DNA of 64,000 nucleotides, taken from positions 2,016,001 to 2,080,000 of the forward strand of contig OZ244188.1 of assembly GCA_965216635.1 (NCBI GenBank), given 5' to 3'. Source of the stretch: a bacterium (GTDB lineage Bacteria > SAR324 > XYD2-FULL-50-16 > G965216635). The notes below the pieces were generated by a model. It was not told where the DNA came from and searched no databases. It worked only from the letters and a program-made list of their open reading frames with translations. A program made the position numbers and the translations under genes. Each line of letters starts with the position of its first letter. Position 1 is the first letter of the stretch. Shown here piece by piece: positions 1 through 10,263 of the stretch.

Positions 1-619
1 GCTCCTTAGAAATTTTAGAGCTATAACTAGCTTCCGATTCCACTTGTTTTACAGGGGTGATTTTATCAAAATTATGCAGAGTTTTTTTTAACTCATTAAG
101 GCTTAGGGTTGTAAGCTGTTCCATCAATTTTGTGTAATTTAAATTTTGTGTGATTTTCATTTTTTTTTGCGATAAAATATCTCCAGCGTCTAGCTTTTGA
201 TTCATTTTAAAAATACTAATACCACTGTATTTATCTCCATTTTTTAAACAATCCCTTACTGGCGAAGCTCCTCTCCATTTTGGTAGTAAAGAGAAATGGA
301 CATTCATTGCCGCTATTTTTGGTATTTTTAAAATATCGTTTTTGAGTATTTTTCCATAATCTGTGACTACAAAAAAGTCAGCATCCCTTTCTTCTAGTTT
401 GCTTAAAAAAGAATCTGCATTCAAATTCACAGGTTGTAGCACATCTAGGGATAATTTTTTGGCACTCCTAATTACTGGAGGCGAAAGTAAATTTAAACCC
501 CTTCCCTGTTTTTTATCAGCTTGAGATATAACCCACAAAATCTGAAATTTATCTTGGTAAAGTGATTCTAAAATTTTTGCTGCAAAAAATCCAGTTCCAA
601 AGAAACAAATCTTTACCAT
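1..619 (-). CDS. fmt: methionyl-tRNA formyltransferase (3' end outside window)
   Basis: Hand translation from ATG at 619: MVKICFFGTGFFA...QADKKQGRG...NVHFSLLPKWRGASP...LDAGDI; absent from the ORF track because it runs off the window edge. Confidence 0.95.
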   Translation of the reverse strand, partial: MVKICFFGTGFFAAKILESLYQDKFQILWVISQADKKQGRGLNLLSPPVIRSAKKLSLDVLQPVNLNADSFLSKLEERDADFFVVTDYGKILKNDILKIPKIAAMNVHFSLLPKWRGASPVRDCLKNGDKYSGISIFKMNQKLDAGDILSQKKMKITQNLNYTKLMEQLTTLSLNELKKTLHNFDKITPVKQVESEASYSSKISKE

Positions 620-621
620 AG

Positions 622-2253
622 TTATAAAAGATTTCTAGCGCTGATATTTTTGTGTAATTCTGTAGGAGCTGAAATGAGATAGATAGTTTCTAGGGGATTT
701 TTACACAAAGAGCTGATTTTATAACTTCCAATATATTTTTTTCGTTTTAAGAACTGGATAGCAGAACGAATTCTTTGGGCAGCGCGGTATTTGCCACTTT
801 TAGAAACCCGAATGCAACTACCTACAATCAAATCATCCATTTTGCGTGATAATTGTCCCTTCCATTTCGGAAACTCATACAGCCAGCAGTCGTAAAGATA
901 GACGCAAAGTAAAATAAGAAAAGGGTAGGTTTTTATATTTTCTTGGAAAAGAGCTTTAGGAATAAATCTTAAAGAAGCTGCAAATTGAAGCGGATTATCT
1001 TTCGTAGGAATGATGCATGGGTCTATTTTTAAGTAAAGTTTATTTTGTTGTAGATTCTTTTTTAAGAATTGGTCTTCTAGTGCATAAATATTACTCATTG
1101 TTTGAATAAGCGGATTGTGAATCTCAAAAAGTCTATTTTTTTTCTTCACAGTTCGCACCGCTTGGATTTTTTGAAATTCTTGTAAAATTTCTTGAGACAT
1201 TTCCCATTGTTTCAAAAGATTTTTTTTAGGCGAGTTGAGAACGAGTTGAAAATGAAATTCCCAATCAAAAAAACAATTCTTTATAGTATTTTTTTCAGAG
1301 TCGTAATTTTTATGTACTTGATACAAAATTGCCATAAAATGATTGATGCCTTTGGATTGGTGTTTTTTTAAGAGATGTTGCATAAAAATTCTCATTACTA
1401 CATCAATAGAATTATCAAATAATTGTTTAGTGGTTGTGTTTTCTTGGTATCTTAAAACAATTTTTTGAATTGTACTTTCACTATAAATATTTTCTTCAAC
1501 AGATGAATCGGGCTCTTCATTTTTCAAGCTAGATTTATTGACAGCAATAGAAGAGTTTTGTAGAGAAGCTTTGGGATAAAAATACTTCCATAGACGTTCT
1601 AGCAAGAAAAAAACATTGCCGTATTTTTTATCAAAAACCCATTCTTGCGAACGTAAATTTTGTGAACAGTCTGTAGCACTCCAGTTATGTCTAGGAAAAT
1701 TTTGATAAACAAAATTCAAAACTAAGTTTGGGGGTGGGATTTTTTCGCTTTGATCTGCGAAGAATAGCATTATAAATAAAGCAAATTTTTCTAAAAACTC
1801 TCTATTTTTTTGTTCTGAAGTATCTTGTTTCAGAAATTCTTGGTTCGCAAATAAACTTTCTATTTCCGACCATTTTTTTTCAATAGATAAATCTTTGAGT
1901 AAAATTTTCAAACTATCAAAAAGAAAAGTAGTCTTATCTTCATACTTTCCAAAAAATTCCAGTATTTCTTTAGCTCGCATTTTTTGAGCCACTGTTGAGT
2001 GGAGTTTCTGTCTGTGAGCTAATCTTTCGGTAGGGTTTTTGGCTTCTTTTTCTGGTTTATTAAATTTTTTTTGAGAAAAATCTTGATACAGGCTGTTGAT
2101 GTGGGATTTTATCTCTGTGATAGCTTGCTCTAAAATAAAATCGTTTTTTTGTAAAAACTGTAAAGCTAAACTATAAGATTCACATAGCTTATAATGAATT
2201 TTGTATTTTTCTCTTTTGCCTTCTTTAACTTGGATTCCGTTGAATAATAGCAT
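622..2253 (-). CDS. hypothetical protein, possible C-terminal winged-helix
   Basis: 543-aa ORF abutting the fmt start; no family recognised with certainty. Confidence 0.7.
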   Translation of the reverse strand: MLLFNGIQVKEGKREKYKIHYKLCESYSLALQFLQKNDFILEQAITEIKSHINSLYQDFSQKKFNKPEKEAKNPTERLAHRQKLHSTVAQKMRAKEILEFFGKYEDKTTFLFDSLKILLKDLSIEKKWSEIESLFANQEFLKQDTSEQKNREFLEKFALFIMLFFADQSEKIPPPNLVLNFVYQNFPRHNWSATDCSQNLRSQEWVFDKKYGNVFFLLERLWKYFYPKASLQNSSIAVNKSSLKNEEPDSSVEENIYSESTIQKIVLRYQENTTTKQLFDNSIDVVMRIFMQHLLKKHQSKGINHFMAILYQVHKNYDSEKNTIKNCFFDWEFHFQLVLNSPKKNLLKQWEMSQEILQEFQKIQAVRTVKKKNRLFEIHNPLIQTMSNIYALEDQFLKKNLQQNKLYLKIDPCIIPTKDNPLQFAASLRFIPKALFQENIKTYPFLILLCVYLYDCWLYEFPKWKGQLSRKMDDLIVGSCIRVSKSGKYRAAQRIRSAIQFLKRKKYIGSYKISSLCKNPLETIYLISAPTELHKNISARNLL

Positions 2254-2365
2254 AAATTCGTTGCGAGGTTGTTCTTATACAATAATATCTGCAAAAAATT
2301 TTAGCAAGATTATTTTTTTACCAATTAAAGAGAAATGAAGTTTTTAATTTCAACTTTGCATTTTT

Positions 2366-3067
2366 TTATTTTGCACTAAGAGCCCAGTCTACAGCGTTTC
2401 TGGAATGCAGCGTAGTAGTATCATAAAGAGGAAGAGAACTATGTTTTTGTTGAAGTAATAGATTGATTTCAGTACAACCTAATACAATTGCTTGAACTTT
2501 TTTTTCTTCTAGGCAACCTATAATGGATCGGTATTGCTGGCGTGAATATTCATTAATTTTTCCTAAACACAGTTCGTCAAAAATCACTTTGTGGATTATT
2601 TCTTGGTTTTGTAAATCTGGAGTGATAACTTGAATACCAAATTGGTTTTCTAGTTTCTGCTTATAAAAATCTTGGCTCATAGTGAATTTTGTGCCCAGCA
2701 ACCCTACTTTTTTAATACCATCTGCTAAAAGTTGCTGTGCTAAACTTTCGGCTATATGCAAGAGAGGTATAGAAATAGTTTTTTCTATTTTAGAAGCTAG
2801 TTTATGCATAGTATTGGTGCAAATTAACAAAATATCTGCACCGCTTTTTTCTATAATTTTGGCGTAGTGAATGAGTTTTTCCGTTAATATTTGCCAATCC
2901 CCCAATTTTTGTAGCTCGGCTATCTCTTGGAAATCTAGACTACAAAGAATAATTTTTGCAGAATGCAGACCTCCTAACTTCTGCTTTACTAACTCGTTGA
3001 TGATTTTATAGTAACTCGCTGTGGATTGCCAACTCATTCCTCCTAGTAAACCTATTGTTTTCATCAA
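2366..3067 (-). CDS. aspartate/glutamate racemase family protein (YgeA/RacX-like)
   Basis: KTIGLLGGMSWQST, ICTNTMH and LGCTEI motifs. Confidence 0.92.
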   Translation of the reverse strand: MMKTIGLLGGMSWQSTASYYKIINELVKQKLGGLHSAKIILCSLDFQEIAELQKLGDWQILTEKLIHYAKIIEKSGADILLICTNTMHKLASKIEKTISIPLLHIAESLAQQLLADGIKKVGLLGTKFTMSQDFYKQKLENQFGIQVITPDLQNQEIIHKVIFDELCLGKINEYSRQQYRSIIGCLEEKKVQAIVLGCTEINLLLQQKHSSLPLYDTTTLHSRNAVDWALSAK

Positions 3068-3390
3068 AAATAATAGAGACTATTAAGCAATGTTTTAATA
3101 GGTTACATCTAACTCAATCTAGCCTTCAATGACAAAATACCCTTTTATTTTTTTTTTATGATATTAAAAATAAAAGAAACGGGAAATATAGATTTTAAAT
3201 CTATCTAAAAATCTTATAATAATCAAAAGCCTCCCTAAAGTCAAACCTAAAAAAAACAAAAAGATAAAATTTCCTAAAAAAGGAATTTTTACCTTATAAT
3301 AAAATTAGTCTTTCAAAAAGAGAAATATTTTGATAGATTAACTAGAAATAGTAAATAGAAACAACAGAAATTCTAAATAGACAATCCAAA

Positions 3391-3915
3391 ATGGACAAAA
3401 TAAACATCAAAGATCATATTAGAACTGTGGCTGATTTTCCCAAAAAAGGAATTTTGTTTTATGATTTGTGCTCTCTTTTAATGCACCCCGAGGCTTGGCA
3501 AGAAACCGTGCGTCAAATCACCGAAATAGTGCGTAATACCCAAGCGGAAAAATTGGTAGCAGTAGAATCCAGAGGCTTTTTAGTAACAGCCCCTGTCTCT
3601 TTTAACTTAGGTTTGCCACAAGTTCTTGCTCGGAAGCCGTCAAAATTGCCGGGAGAGGTGATTAGCCATAGCTACAAATTGGAATACAGTGTGGATACTT
3701 TGGAAATGCAAAAAGATGCTCTACAGAAAGGAGACAAAGTATTGATTGCAGATGATCTTCTAGCTACCGGAGGGACCATCAAGGCAGCTACTTCGCTCTG
3801 CCGCAAACTTCAAGCAAATGTAATAGGTGCGGTTACTATAATGGAATTGGAAGGACTCGGAGGTCGCCAAGCACTAGATATTCCTTGTCAGAGTTTGGTG
3901 AAATTTTCCGTTTAA
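3391..3915 (+). CDS. apt: adenine phosphoribosyltransferase
   Basis: DFPKKGILFYD, ESRGF, RKPSKLP, DDLLATGGT. Confidence 0.95.
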   Translation: MDKINIKDHIRTVADFPKKGILFYDLCSLLMHPEAWQETVRQITEIVRNTQAEKLVAVESRGFLVTAPVSFNLGLPQVLARKPSKLPGEVISHSYKLEYSVDTLEMQKDALQKGDKVLIADDLLATGGTIKAATSLCRKLQANVIGAVTIMELEGLGGRQALDIPCQSLVKFSV

Positions 3916-3922
3916 AAAAGAA

Positions 3923-4017
3923 GAGACTGTTAAATCAGGCATTATAGGAAAGCTAGGCAAGGCAAAAATTTTTTTAACGCAACATAGCCGAACTAGAATG
4001 CCTAATTCAACAGTCTC
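3923..4017. repeat. palindromic MITE-like element, copy E1
   Basis: Terminal inverted repeats GAGACTGTTAAATCAGGCATT / AATGCCTAATTCAACAGTCTC; shares GCCGAACTAGAATGCCTAATT with other copies. Confidence 0.8.
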
Positions 4018-4048
4018 AAGAATATTTAAAGAACATAAGAAACCTATT

Positions 4049-4825
4049 ATGGAAGTTATTCCCATACCCTACAATAGCGATAACTACGCTTATCTTTTAA
4101 GTTGCTCTAAAACAGGACATTGTGCTTTAGTAGACGCTGGTGCCAAAGATCCTATTTTAAATGTGCTACGAGAAAAAAATATAAATTTAAAAAAAATCCT
4201 TTGTACTCATCATCATTTTGACCATATTGCAGCTGTCTCGGATATCAAAGCTCACTATCCAGATATAGAAGTTTTAGGTAGCCAGAATGCTAAAGGAAAA
4301 ATTCCCGAATTACGCCATTTTTTAAAAGAAGGAGATGTTTTTTCTGTGGGCGAGACTAGCTTTGAGGTGTTGGAATCTTTTGGACATACTCAAAGCTGTA
4401 TTAGTTTTTACTCTAAAACAGAAAAAATTCTTTTTTCTGGAGACTGCTTGTTTTTGGCAGGTTGTGGTAAACTATTAGAAGGAAACGCAGAACAACTCTA
4501 CCATAGCCTAAATAAAATAAAAGCGTTGCCGAAACAAACAAAGGTCTATTTTGGCCATAATTATAACTTAAATAATCTGAAATTTGCCTTAACGGTAGAG
4601 CCTAACTGCCAACCTTTAATTTCCAGATACAATCAAGAGAGCGACAAACAAATAAACCCTCTCGCTTGCTGTCAAACAACAATTCAAGAAGAACTAGATA
4701 CCAATCCTTTTTTAAGACTGGATGCAAAAGAAATAGAATTGTCAGTTACAAAAAAAACCAACACATCTTGTAAAAATCCACTTGACTTATTTACAAAATT
4801 GAGACATCTTAAAGATCAATTCTAA
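4049..4825 (+). CDS. gloB: hydroxyacylglutathione hydrolase (glyoxalase II)
   Basis: THHHFDH, GHT, FSGDCLF, TNPFLR; start placed at MEVIPIP because the upstream ATG lies inside element E1. Confidence 0.92.
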   Translation: MEVIPIPYNSDNYAYLLSCSKTGHCALVDAGAKDPILNVLREKNINLKKILCTHHHFDHIAAVSDIKAHYPDIEVLGSQNAKGKIPELRHFLKEGDVFSVGETSFEVLESFGHTQSCISFYSKTEKILFSGDCLFLAGCGKLLEGNAEQLYHSLNKIKALPKQTKVYFGHNYNLNNLKFALTVEPNCQPLISRYNQESDKQINPLACCQTTIQEELDTNPFLRLDAKEIELSVTKKTNTSCKNPLDLFTKLRHLKDQF

Positions 4826-4847
4826 AAACACCCTAATAAAACTTACT

Positions 4848-5246
4848 ATGGCTAAAGTCGTAAAAACCGATGGAGAGTGGAAATCTCAACTGAACGCAGA
4901 AGAGTATCAAATTACCAGAAAGCAGGGAACCGAAAGAGCTTTTACAGGAAAATACAATTCTCACTACGAAGCAGGAAATTATACTTGCACCTGTTGCGAA
5001 AAACCTCTTTTCTCCTCTGAACATAAATTTGATTCTGGCACAGGATGGCCCTCTTTCTATCAGCCCATTACAAAAGGAAGTGTAATGGAAAAAGAAGATA
5101 ATAAATTTTTTATGAAACGAACAGAAATTGTATGTACAGAGTGCGACGCACATTTAGGACATTCGTTTCCTGATGGGCCCAAACCTACTGGAATTCGTTA
5201 TTGTATAAATTCTGTATCTTTGCAGTTTAAAAAGAAGGGAGAATAA
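4848..5246 (+). CDS. msrB: peptide-methionine (R)-S-oxide reductase
   Basis: GTERAF, SGTGWPSF, HLGHSFPDGP, RYCINS. Confidence 0.96.
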   Translation: MAKVVKTDGEWKSQLNAEEYQITRKQGTERAFTGKYNSHYEAGNYTCTCCEKPLFSSEHKFDSGTGWPSFYQPITKGSVMEKEDNKFFMKRTEIVCTECDAHLGHSFPDGPKPTGIRYCINSVSLQFKKKGE

Positions 5247-5410
5247 AAAATTTTGGGTTTCTTTTTCATTTTAAGTTACCATAAATTTAATAAAAACCTT
5301 AAAAAGGTTTGTTTTTTAAAATAAACTTGATATAATTCAGTTTGTATTTTAAAAAAATCTATACTTTTTTTTTAATACAAGTATGAAAATCACAAAAAAA
5401 ATTAGATACT

Positions 5411-5590
5411 ATGTTTGGACTAGGAATCGGTGAACTCTCTATAATTCTGCTCATTGTCATTGTAGTCTTTGGAGCAACACGTTTGCCCATGATAGGCGCT
5501 GGATTGGGTAAAGGAATCAAAAACTTTCGCTCTGAAGTAAAAACAGATAAGAAAAATTTAGAGAAAAAAGAAAAAATAAAAGAAAAGTAA
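5411..5590 (+). CDS. tatA: twin-arginine translocase subunit TatA/E
   Basis: Hand translation [44 protein letters not shown]..., 59 aa, below the ORF-track cutoff. Confidence 0.93.
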   Translation: MFGLGIGELSIILLIVIVVFGATRLPMIGAGLGKGIKNFRSEVKTDKKNLEKKEKIKEK

Positions 5591-5781
5591 ACTCTTTTGA
5601 ATTAGGCGTTATAGGAAAGCTATACTTCTTTTTGCCATATAGTTTATAAGGGATATAGTGAAACCCCCACTGGAGGTTTCGCAGCCTAATTGTGCTGTTC
5701 ACAAAATTTAATATTTTTTCGCAAACGCGAAGACAAAAAAATCTTGTGGTCGCAGGAATATCCATACCTAAAAAGAAGTAC
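5590..5781. repeat. palindromic element, partial copy E2
   Basis: TTTGAATTAGGCGTTATAGGAAAGCTA end motif and CGCAGGAATAT module; second terminus not evident. Confidence 0.55.
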
Positions 5782-5796
5782 TACAAAAATTCCCGA

Positions 5797-6387
5797 TTAA
5801 CACAAATGAAATGAAAAAGCTCCATCGGAGCTTTTGTAAAGTCCCTTTAAAAGTGTGTCTATTTCTGGATTGATAGAAAAAGTAGTCTGACTAAAAATCA
5901 AAGCGTCTAGCTCCTTAATCCAGTGTAGGACTGTATCAAAAAAAGTTTGATAGATGGGCTCAAATAACTCGTCTAGTTTGGTATAAGAGGAAGAAAGGCT
6001 AAAATAAAGTAGGTTGTGCATAAAATTCATTTGGAGTCCTAGTTCGTTGCATACCCTGGCTAAAAGTTTATGCTCGTTGTCTTGAATAATTCCATCTACA
6101 ATAGTTAAAGCTATCATATCTAAGAAAAAGCTATAAATCATTTTCTTGTCTCTGAAGTCTTTTATAGTACTTTCAAATTCTTTTTCGGAAATTTGCATTT
6201 CCACTGCTTTATCAAAATCTTCGGGGTTAATATCAATACTATCAGCAAATTTTTTTAAAAATTCTGCTTCGTGGGGGTCGTAATCACCATCAATTTTGCT
6301 GAAATAAATCAGCAATTTGAGATAATTAAGCCTTTCTTGCATATCTCTTTCCCTAAAATCCAATAAAAGTGACTCTTTTTTACTCAT
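5797..6387 (-). CDS. TerB-family protein
   Basis: Two TerB-like motifs: IDGDYDPHE and VDGIIQDNE. Confidence 0.75.
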   Translation of the reverse strand: MSKKESLLLDFRERDMQERLNYLKLLIYFSKIDGDYDPHEAEFLKKFADSIDINPEDFDKAVEMQISEKEFESTIKDFRDKKMIYSFFLDMIALTIVDGIIQDNEHKLLARVCNELGLQMNFMHNLLYFSLSSSYTKLDELFEPIYQTFFDTVLHWIKELDALIFSQTTFSINPEIDTLLKGLYKSSDGAFSFHLC

Positions 6388-8215
6388 AAGGATTATCTAT
6401 TTTTAAATCTATTTTTTTTTTTAAATTAGAAAGATTGATTTGATTGTTTTTGATTTCTACTTTTAACTTCTGCTCCTTTCCAAAAGAATAAATCGGCTTT
6501 CTAACACCATACAAGAGTTCTTGCTTAATTATACCTAAATTTTTCACTAAAAAGCTGTTTTTTTTAAAAAAACTCTGTATCATTTCCTTTTTATACTTTT
6601 TTTCTAATAAGTCAAGACTAAAGTTAGGAGAAAGAAATAAAGCCGTACTATTATTACCTCCAAAACCTTTAGCATTAATAAAACAGGCGTCTTGCGGGTT
6701 GTTTTTCACATTTTCATGCTCTAAAAGTATATTCAAATGGCTACAAAAAACATCGTCTGCTATTTTTGGTGTGTTTTTTATGGCTGGAATGATGCCTTGT
6801 AGCCAGACTCCTAGGCTAGATACAAGCTGATCTCCTGCTGCGGGTCCTGTGCTGTGTCCTAAATAAGTCTTTACTGCAGCTACTTTCCAATCTTTTATAC
6901 CAAATGCTTTAGCAGTTTCGTTTAAAATATGCGATTCTGTCACTCTATTTTGGGGAGTTCCTGTACCGTGTGCTTGAATATAAGTGTTTTTTTTCAACTT
7001 TTCTTCTCCCAAAATACTTTTTGCTAGGGCTGTCGCTTTAGCAAAGGTAATATAATTACCTCCACCGGGTTTAGAAATAGAGCTTTTATGGCCGTCGGCA
7101 CAAACATACACGCCTCCTACAGCTGAATAAGGGTTAGCTCCTGTCTGAATAACTAAATCATCACTAAAAAGAATCACAAATTGTGAGCCTTCAGCTAGAG
7201 TAAAACCACAATTTTCACCAAAGGGACGGCAGGCAGTGTTATAATCCATTTTTCCGCCGTTCATATTTTTGATTTTTTCGTCGTCTGCTAAAGCTCCCAT
7301 TACTCTGTAGCCCTCTACAATTTCTGGAGTGACAGGAGATTCGCTAGCTCCAACTATTGCTACCTTGATTCTACCGCTTTGAATATCTTGATAAGCATTA
7401 TGTAAATTATAGAGAAAAGTGGCGCAGGCTCCGACATTTGTGCTAGTAAAACCAATATTTCCTAAAACATACGCGTTAATAAAATCGGAAATCATATTCA
7501 TCATAGAAAAAGGCATCATTTTAGTAGAGGGCCTTTTACCTTCAAAAGCTGCTTGCAATAGCCCGCCATTTCCTGCAGGACCCATAGCTCCACTACAGCT
7601 GCCGCAATAAACTCCTATGGCATCAAGAGGAACCAACTGCTGAATTTCTTCCCAATCAATGCCTACGGAATGTAGCGCATCGGATACTCCAAAAATAGCT
7701 AATTGAATCGTTTCCGGATGGTGTAGAGATGGATAATAATCAGCTGCTTTAAAACCTGTCGGTAGGCAGCCCGCACACATAACTTTACTCGGTTTTCTAG
7801 TTGATAGAAAAATTTCTGTCTCTTCTACTGGAACATCTAGCAATTTATTTTTGGAAAAAGTCTTTATTTGCTGAAATTCTGCTGGGGTGATTTTAATCTT
7901 TAAATTTTGAAAGAGACTATTTTGAGAAAATTCTTTTTTGGGAATTTTGCGAAGTAAAGTGTTTTCTTTAATATAACTGCTATATTTTTGCTCTATTTCT
8001 GCCAAAGATATTTTTTTTTTTTCCGTTGTATAAAACTTTCCTTTTTCATAACTCACCAAATTCATCATAACCGATAATGAAGCAAAGGTCTGCAATCTAT
8101 CGGTTTCCTCTATTTCTTCTATTACGAGTCTGTTATACGCCATATGAAAAGCGCTTCTTCCTGCTGCAGAAAGCCCTCCAAAACCAACAATAAAAGGTAT
8201 AGGTTTCATATTCAA
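6380..8215 (-). CDS. fabY: beta-ketoacyl-ACP synthase, FabY-like
   Basis: N-terminus PFIVGFGGLSAAGRSAFH resembles Pseudomonas FabY; catalytic GACAT, AHGTGT, GHS, GFGGNN. Confidence 0.8.
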   Translation of the reverse strand: MNMKPIPFIVGFGGLSAAGRSAFHMAYNRLVIEEIEETDRLQTFASLSVMMNLVSYEKGKFYTTEKKKISLAEIEQKYSSYIKENTLLRKIPKKEFSQNSLFQNLKIKITPAEFQQIKTFSKNKLLDVPVEETEIFLSTRKPSKVMCAGCLPTGFKAADYYPSLHHPETIQLAIFGVSDALHSVGIDWEEIQQLVPLDAIGVYCGSCSGAMGPAGNGGLLQAAFEGKRPSTKMMPFSMMNMISDFINAYVLGNIGFTSTNVGACATFLYNLHNAYQDIQSGRIKVAIVGASESPVTPEIVEGYRVMGALADDEKIKNMNGGKMDYNTACRPFGENCGFTLAEGSQFVILFSDDLVIQTGANPYSAVGGVYVCADGHKSSISKPGGGNYITFAKATALAKSILGEEKLKKNTYIQAHGTGTPQNRVTESHILNETAKAFGIKDWKVAAVKTYLGHSTGPAAGDQLVSSLGVWLQGIIPAIKNTPKIADDVFCSHLNILLEHENVKNNPQDACFINAKGFGGNNSTALFLSPNFSLDLLEKKYKKEMIQSFFKKNSFLVKNLGIIKQELLYGVRKPIYSFGKEQKLKVEIKNNQINLSNLKKKIDLKIDNPYE

Positions 8216-8460
8216 CCTCCGCTCACAGGGGGAAAAATTGCTATCTCTTTTTTTACTTCTCCTATTTCAGAACAAATTTCTATTTCTTCTGTGTCTACCG
8301 CTACAAGTAAATTATCTTTGTATTCTGCCACTTTTGGATATAACTCAATTAAATTTTGAATAAGCTCTTGTCCTGTCATTTTTTCTTTTACTTCCATTTC
8401 TATTTGGTGGGTTTGAGTTATTTCCGCGAGAGCTGCAAATAAAAGAATTTTACATTTCAT
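8212..8460 (-). CDS. moaD: MoaD/ThiS-family sulfur carrier
   Basis: ILLFAAL N-terminus, C-terminal PPVSGG. Confidence 0.85.
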   Translation of the reverse strand: MKCKILLFAALAEITQTHQIEMEVKEKMTGQELIQNLIELYPKVAEYKDNLLVAVDTEEIEICSEIGEVKKEIAIFPPVSGG

Positions 8461-9239
8461 ATTAATCCTTTAAAAAAATTTTCTGCATTTTTGTTGGTTA
8501 TTTTTTTTAATCCTTCAGAATCTATTTTGAGATGTTTTGCTAAAAAATCTCCTATAATTGCCACATTTTCTGGAAAATTTTTTTTTCCTCTTAAAGGAAC
8601 TGGAGCAAGAAAAGGAGAATCTGTTTCTAATAGAACGCGTTCAATAGGAATTTTTTCAAATAGCTTTAAAAAGTGAGTGGCATTGGAAAAAGTAATTATA
8701 CCGTTAAAAGAAAAATAGCAATCAAATTGAATACCAAAATCAGCTAGTTTTAGTGATGAAGTAAAACTATGAAGTAAAACTTTTAAACCTTTTTTAAGAA
8801 AGGGAAGCAGCGTCTGTATAGTTTCTTTTTCTGCTTCTCTGCTATGTATGATTACTGGATAATCTGTTTTTAATGCAATTTCTAGCTGTCTATGAAAAAC
8901 TTGTTTTTGTTCACTATAACTGGAATGATTGTAGTGAAAATCATAGCCACATTCTCCCAGTGCAATGATTTTTTTATTTTTAACCAATGAAGTAGCAATA
9001 AAATCATAGTCTGTTTGTTGAACAGCCTTAGCCTCGTGGGGATGAATACCCACAGCGCCATAGACATTTGAATAATTTTTCGCATAACTACAGACTTTTT
9101 CAGAACTTTTTTTATCTGTTGCAATGGTTATAATCCTACTGACTTCTTTTTTTTTCGCTTCTTCTAAAACAGATGCAATTTTTTCCTCCAACATATCCAA
9201 ATGACAGTGTGTATCTGTCCAATAAAGGCAACTTTCCAT
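8457..9239 (-). CDS. tatD: TatD-family hydrolase
   Basis: DTHCHL, GIHPH, GECGYD, IHSREA, ETDSPFLAP; ATG at 9239. Confidence 0.93.
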   Translation of the reverse strand: MESCLYWTDTHCHLDMLEEKIASVLEEAKKKEVSRIITIATDKKSSEKVCSYAKNYSNVYGAVGIHPHEAKAVQQTDYDFIATSLVKNKKIIALGECGYDFHYNHSSYSEQKQVFHRQLEIALKTDYPVIIHSREAEKETIQTLLPFLKKGLKVLLHSFTSSLKLADFGIQFDCYFSFNGIITFSNATHFLKLFEKIPIERVLLETDSPFLAPVPLRGKKNFPENVAIIGDFLAKHLKIDSEGLKKITNKNAENFFKGLI

Positions 9240-9244
9240 AAATA

Positions 9245-10252
9245 ATGAATCATTTATACCAAAGTTTAGCTTCAAAAATAAGAAAAAATTTCTATGAAAG
9301 AAAAAAACAAGAAATTTATTCTTTTCCTATGCTATCTACCCAAAACCGTAAAGAAAAATTCGCAAAACTCTTTTTACAAGAAATACAGAAAAATTCTTTG
9401 CTGAAATTTTCATCGCCCACTTTGCCTGTCTTAAAAGGAAAAGAAAAATGGAGAAAGCTCTACAAAGAATTTCACCTTTCAGCTAAGAACGGAATGTTAG
9501 CGCAAAATTTTAGCAATGCACTGTATCCCCAAGAGACTCGAAAATCTATGGATTTATTTCCCTCTAATACTCGTAGCTTAATTCTTGCCTTATACTGGTA
9601 TTTAAAAAAAGAAAATCTGCATTGTTTGCTTAAAAACTATCAATATCTAAGCCATCTTTTTAAAAAAAAAAATTTTTATTTGGTTGAAATGTCTCCTTTA
9701 CTAAAAATCAAATACAAAAAAAAAGATAAAACCTATTTTTTTCACCATGGGTTGGGATGTCTAGAGCAAGATGTTTTCCAAAAAATTATTTTTTCTTGTT
9801 TGGAAAATAAAAAAAAAATTTTTCCTCTATTGCTATTAGAAAAAAAATTTATCCAATTTTGTCGCTATACAGACAATTATTCATCAAGGGAAGCAGAAGG
9901 ATTTTTTATTAACCTAAAAATCCCATTACAAAAAATTTATGCAAAATACTTTTCTCATCACCCACAACTACCCGCAATTCGTTGGGCAAATAGCTTTAAT
10001 TGCAGTAGACTCGCTTCCTATAATTTTTTAGAAGATAAAATAACAGTATCCCCTGTTTTTGATTTACCTCAAGCAGATTCTGAACTTATTGAATATTTAC
10101 TCTATCACGAAATGCTACATAGAGAATTGGGATTTAAAATTTCTAGAGAGAAAATCTATGTGCACACAAAAGAATTTAAAAAAAAAGAGGCTCAAATTTT
10201 TGATCTAAAAAAAATGGATAAAAAAATAAAAAATTATTTAAATCTAGCCTGA
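9245..10252 (+). CDS. SprT/YgjP-like zinc metalloprotease domain protein
   Basis: C-terminal YLLYHEMLH...H motif; start uncertain. Confidence 0.65.
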   Translation: MNHLYQSLASKIRKNFYERKKQEIYSFPMLSTQNRKEKFAKLFLQEIQKNSLLKFSSPTLPVLKGKEKWRKLYKEFHLSAKNGMLAQNFSNALYPQETRKSMDLFPSNTRSLILALYWYLKKENLHCLLKNYQYLSHLFKKKNFYLVEMSPLLKIKYKKKDKTYFFHHGLGCLEQDVFQKIIFSCLENKKKIFPLLLLEKKFIQFCRYTDNYSSREAEGFFINLKIPLQKIYAKYFSHHPQLPAIRWANSFNCSRLASYNFLEDKITVSPVFDLPQADSELIEYLLYHEMLHRELGFKISREKIYVHTKEFKKKEAQIFDLKKMDKKIKNYLNLA

Positions 10253-10263
10253 TTTTTTCGTTA

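Noticed and set aside
3998..4048. N-terminal extension of gloB
   Set aside because: The ATG lies in the terminus of palindromic element E1; family similarity begins at MEVIPIP
5517..5765. 82-aa minus-strand ORF
   Set aside because: Antisense to tatA and spans repeat E2; no coding signature
5797..6387. Tellurite-resistance or ter defence island
   Set aside because: A single TerB-like gene in a housekeeping string; no other ter genes
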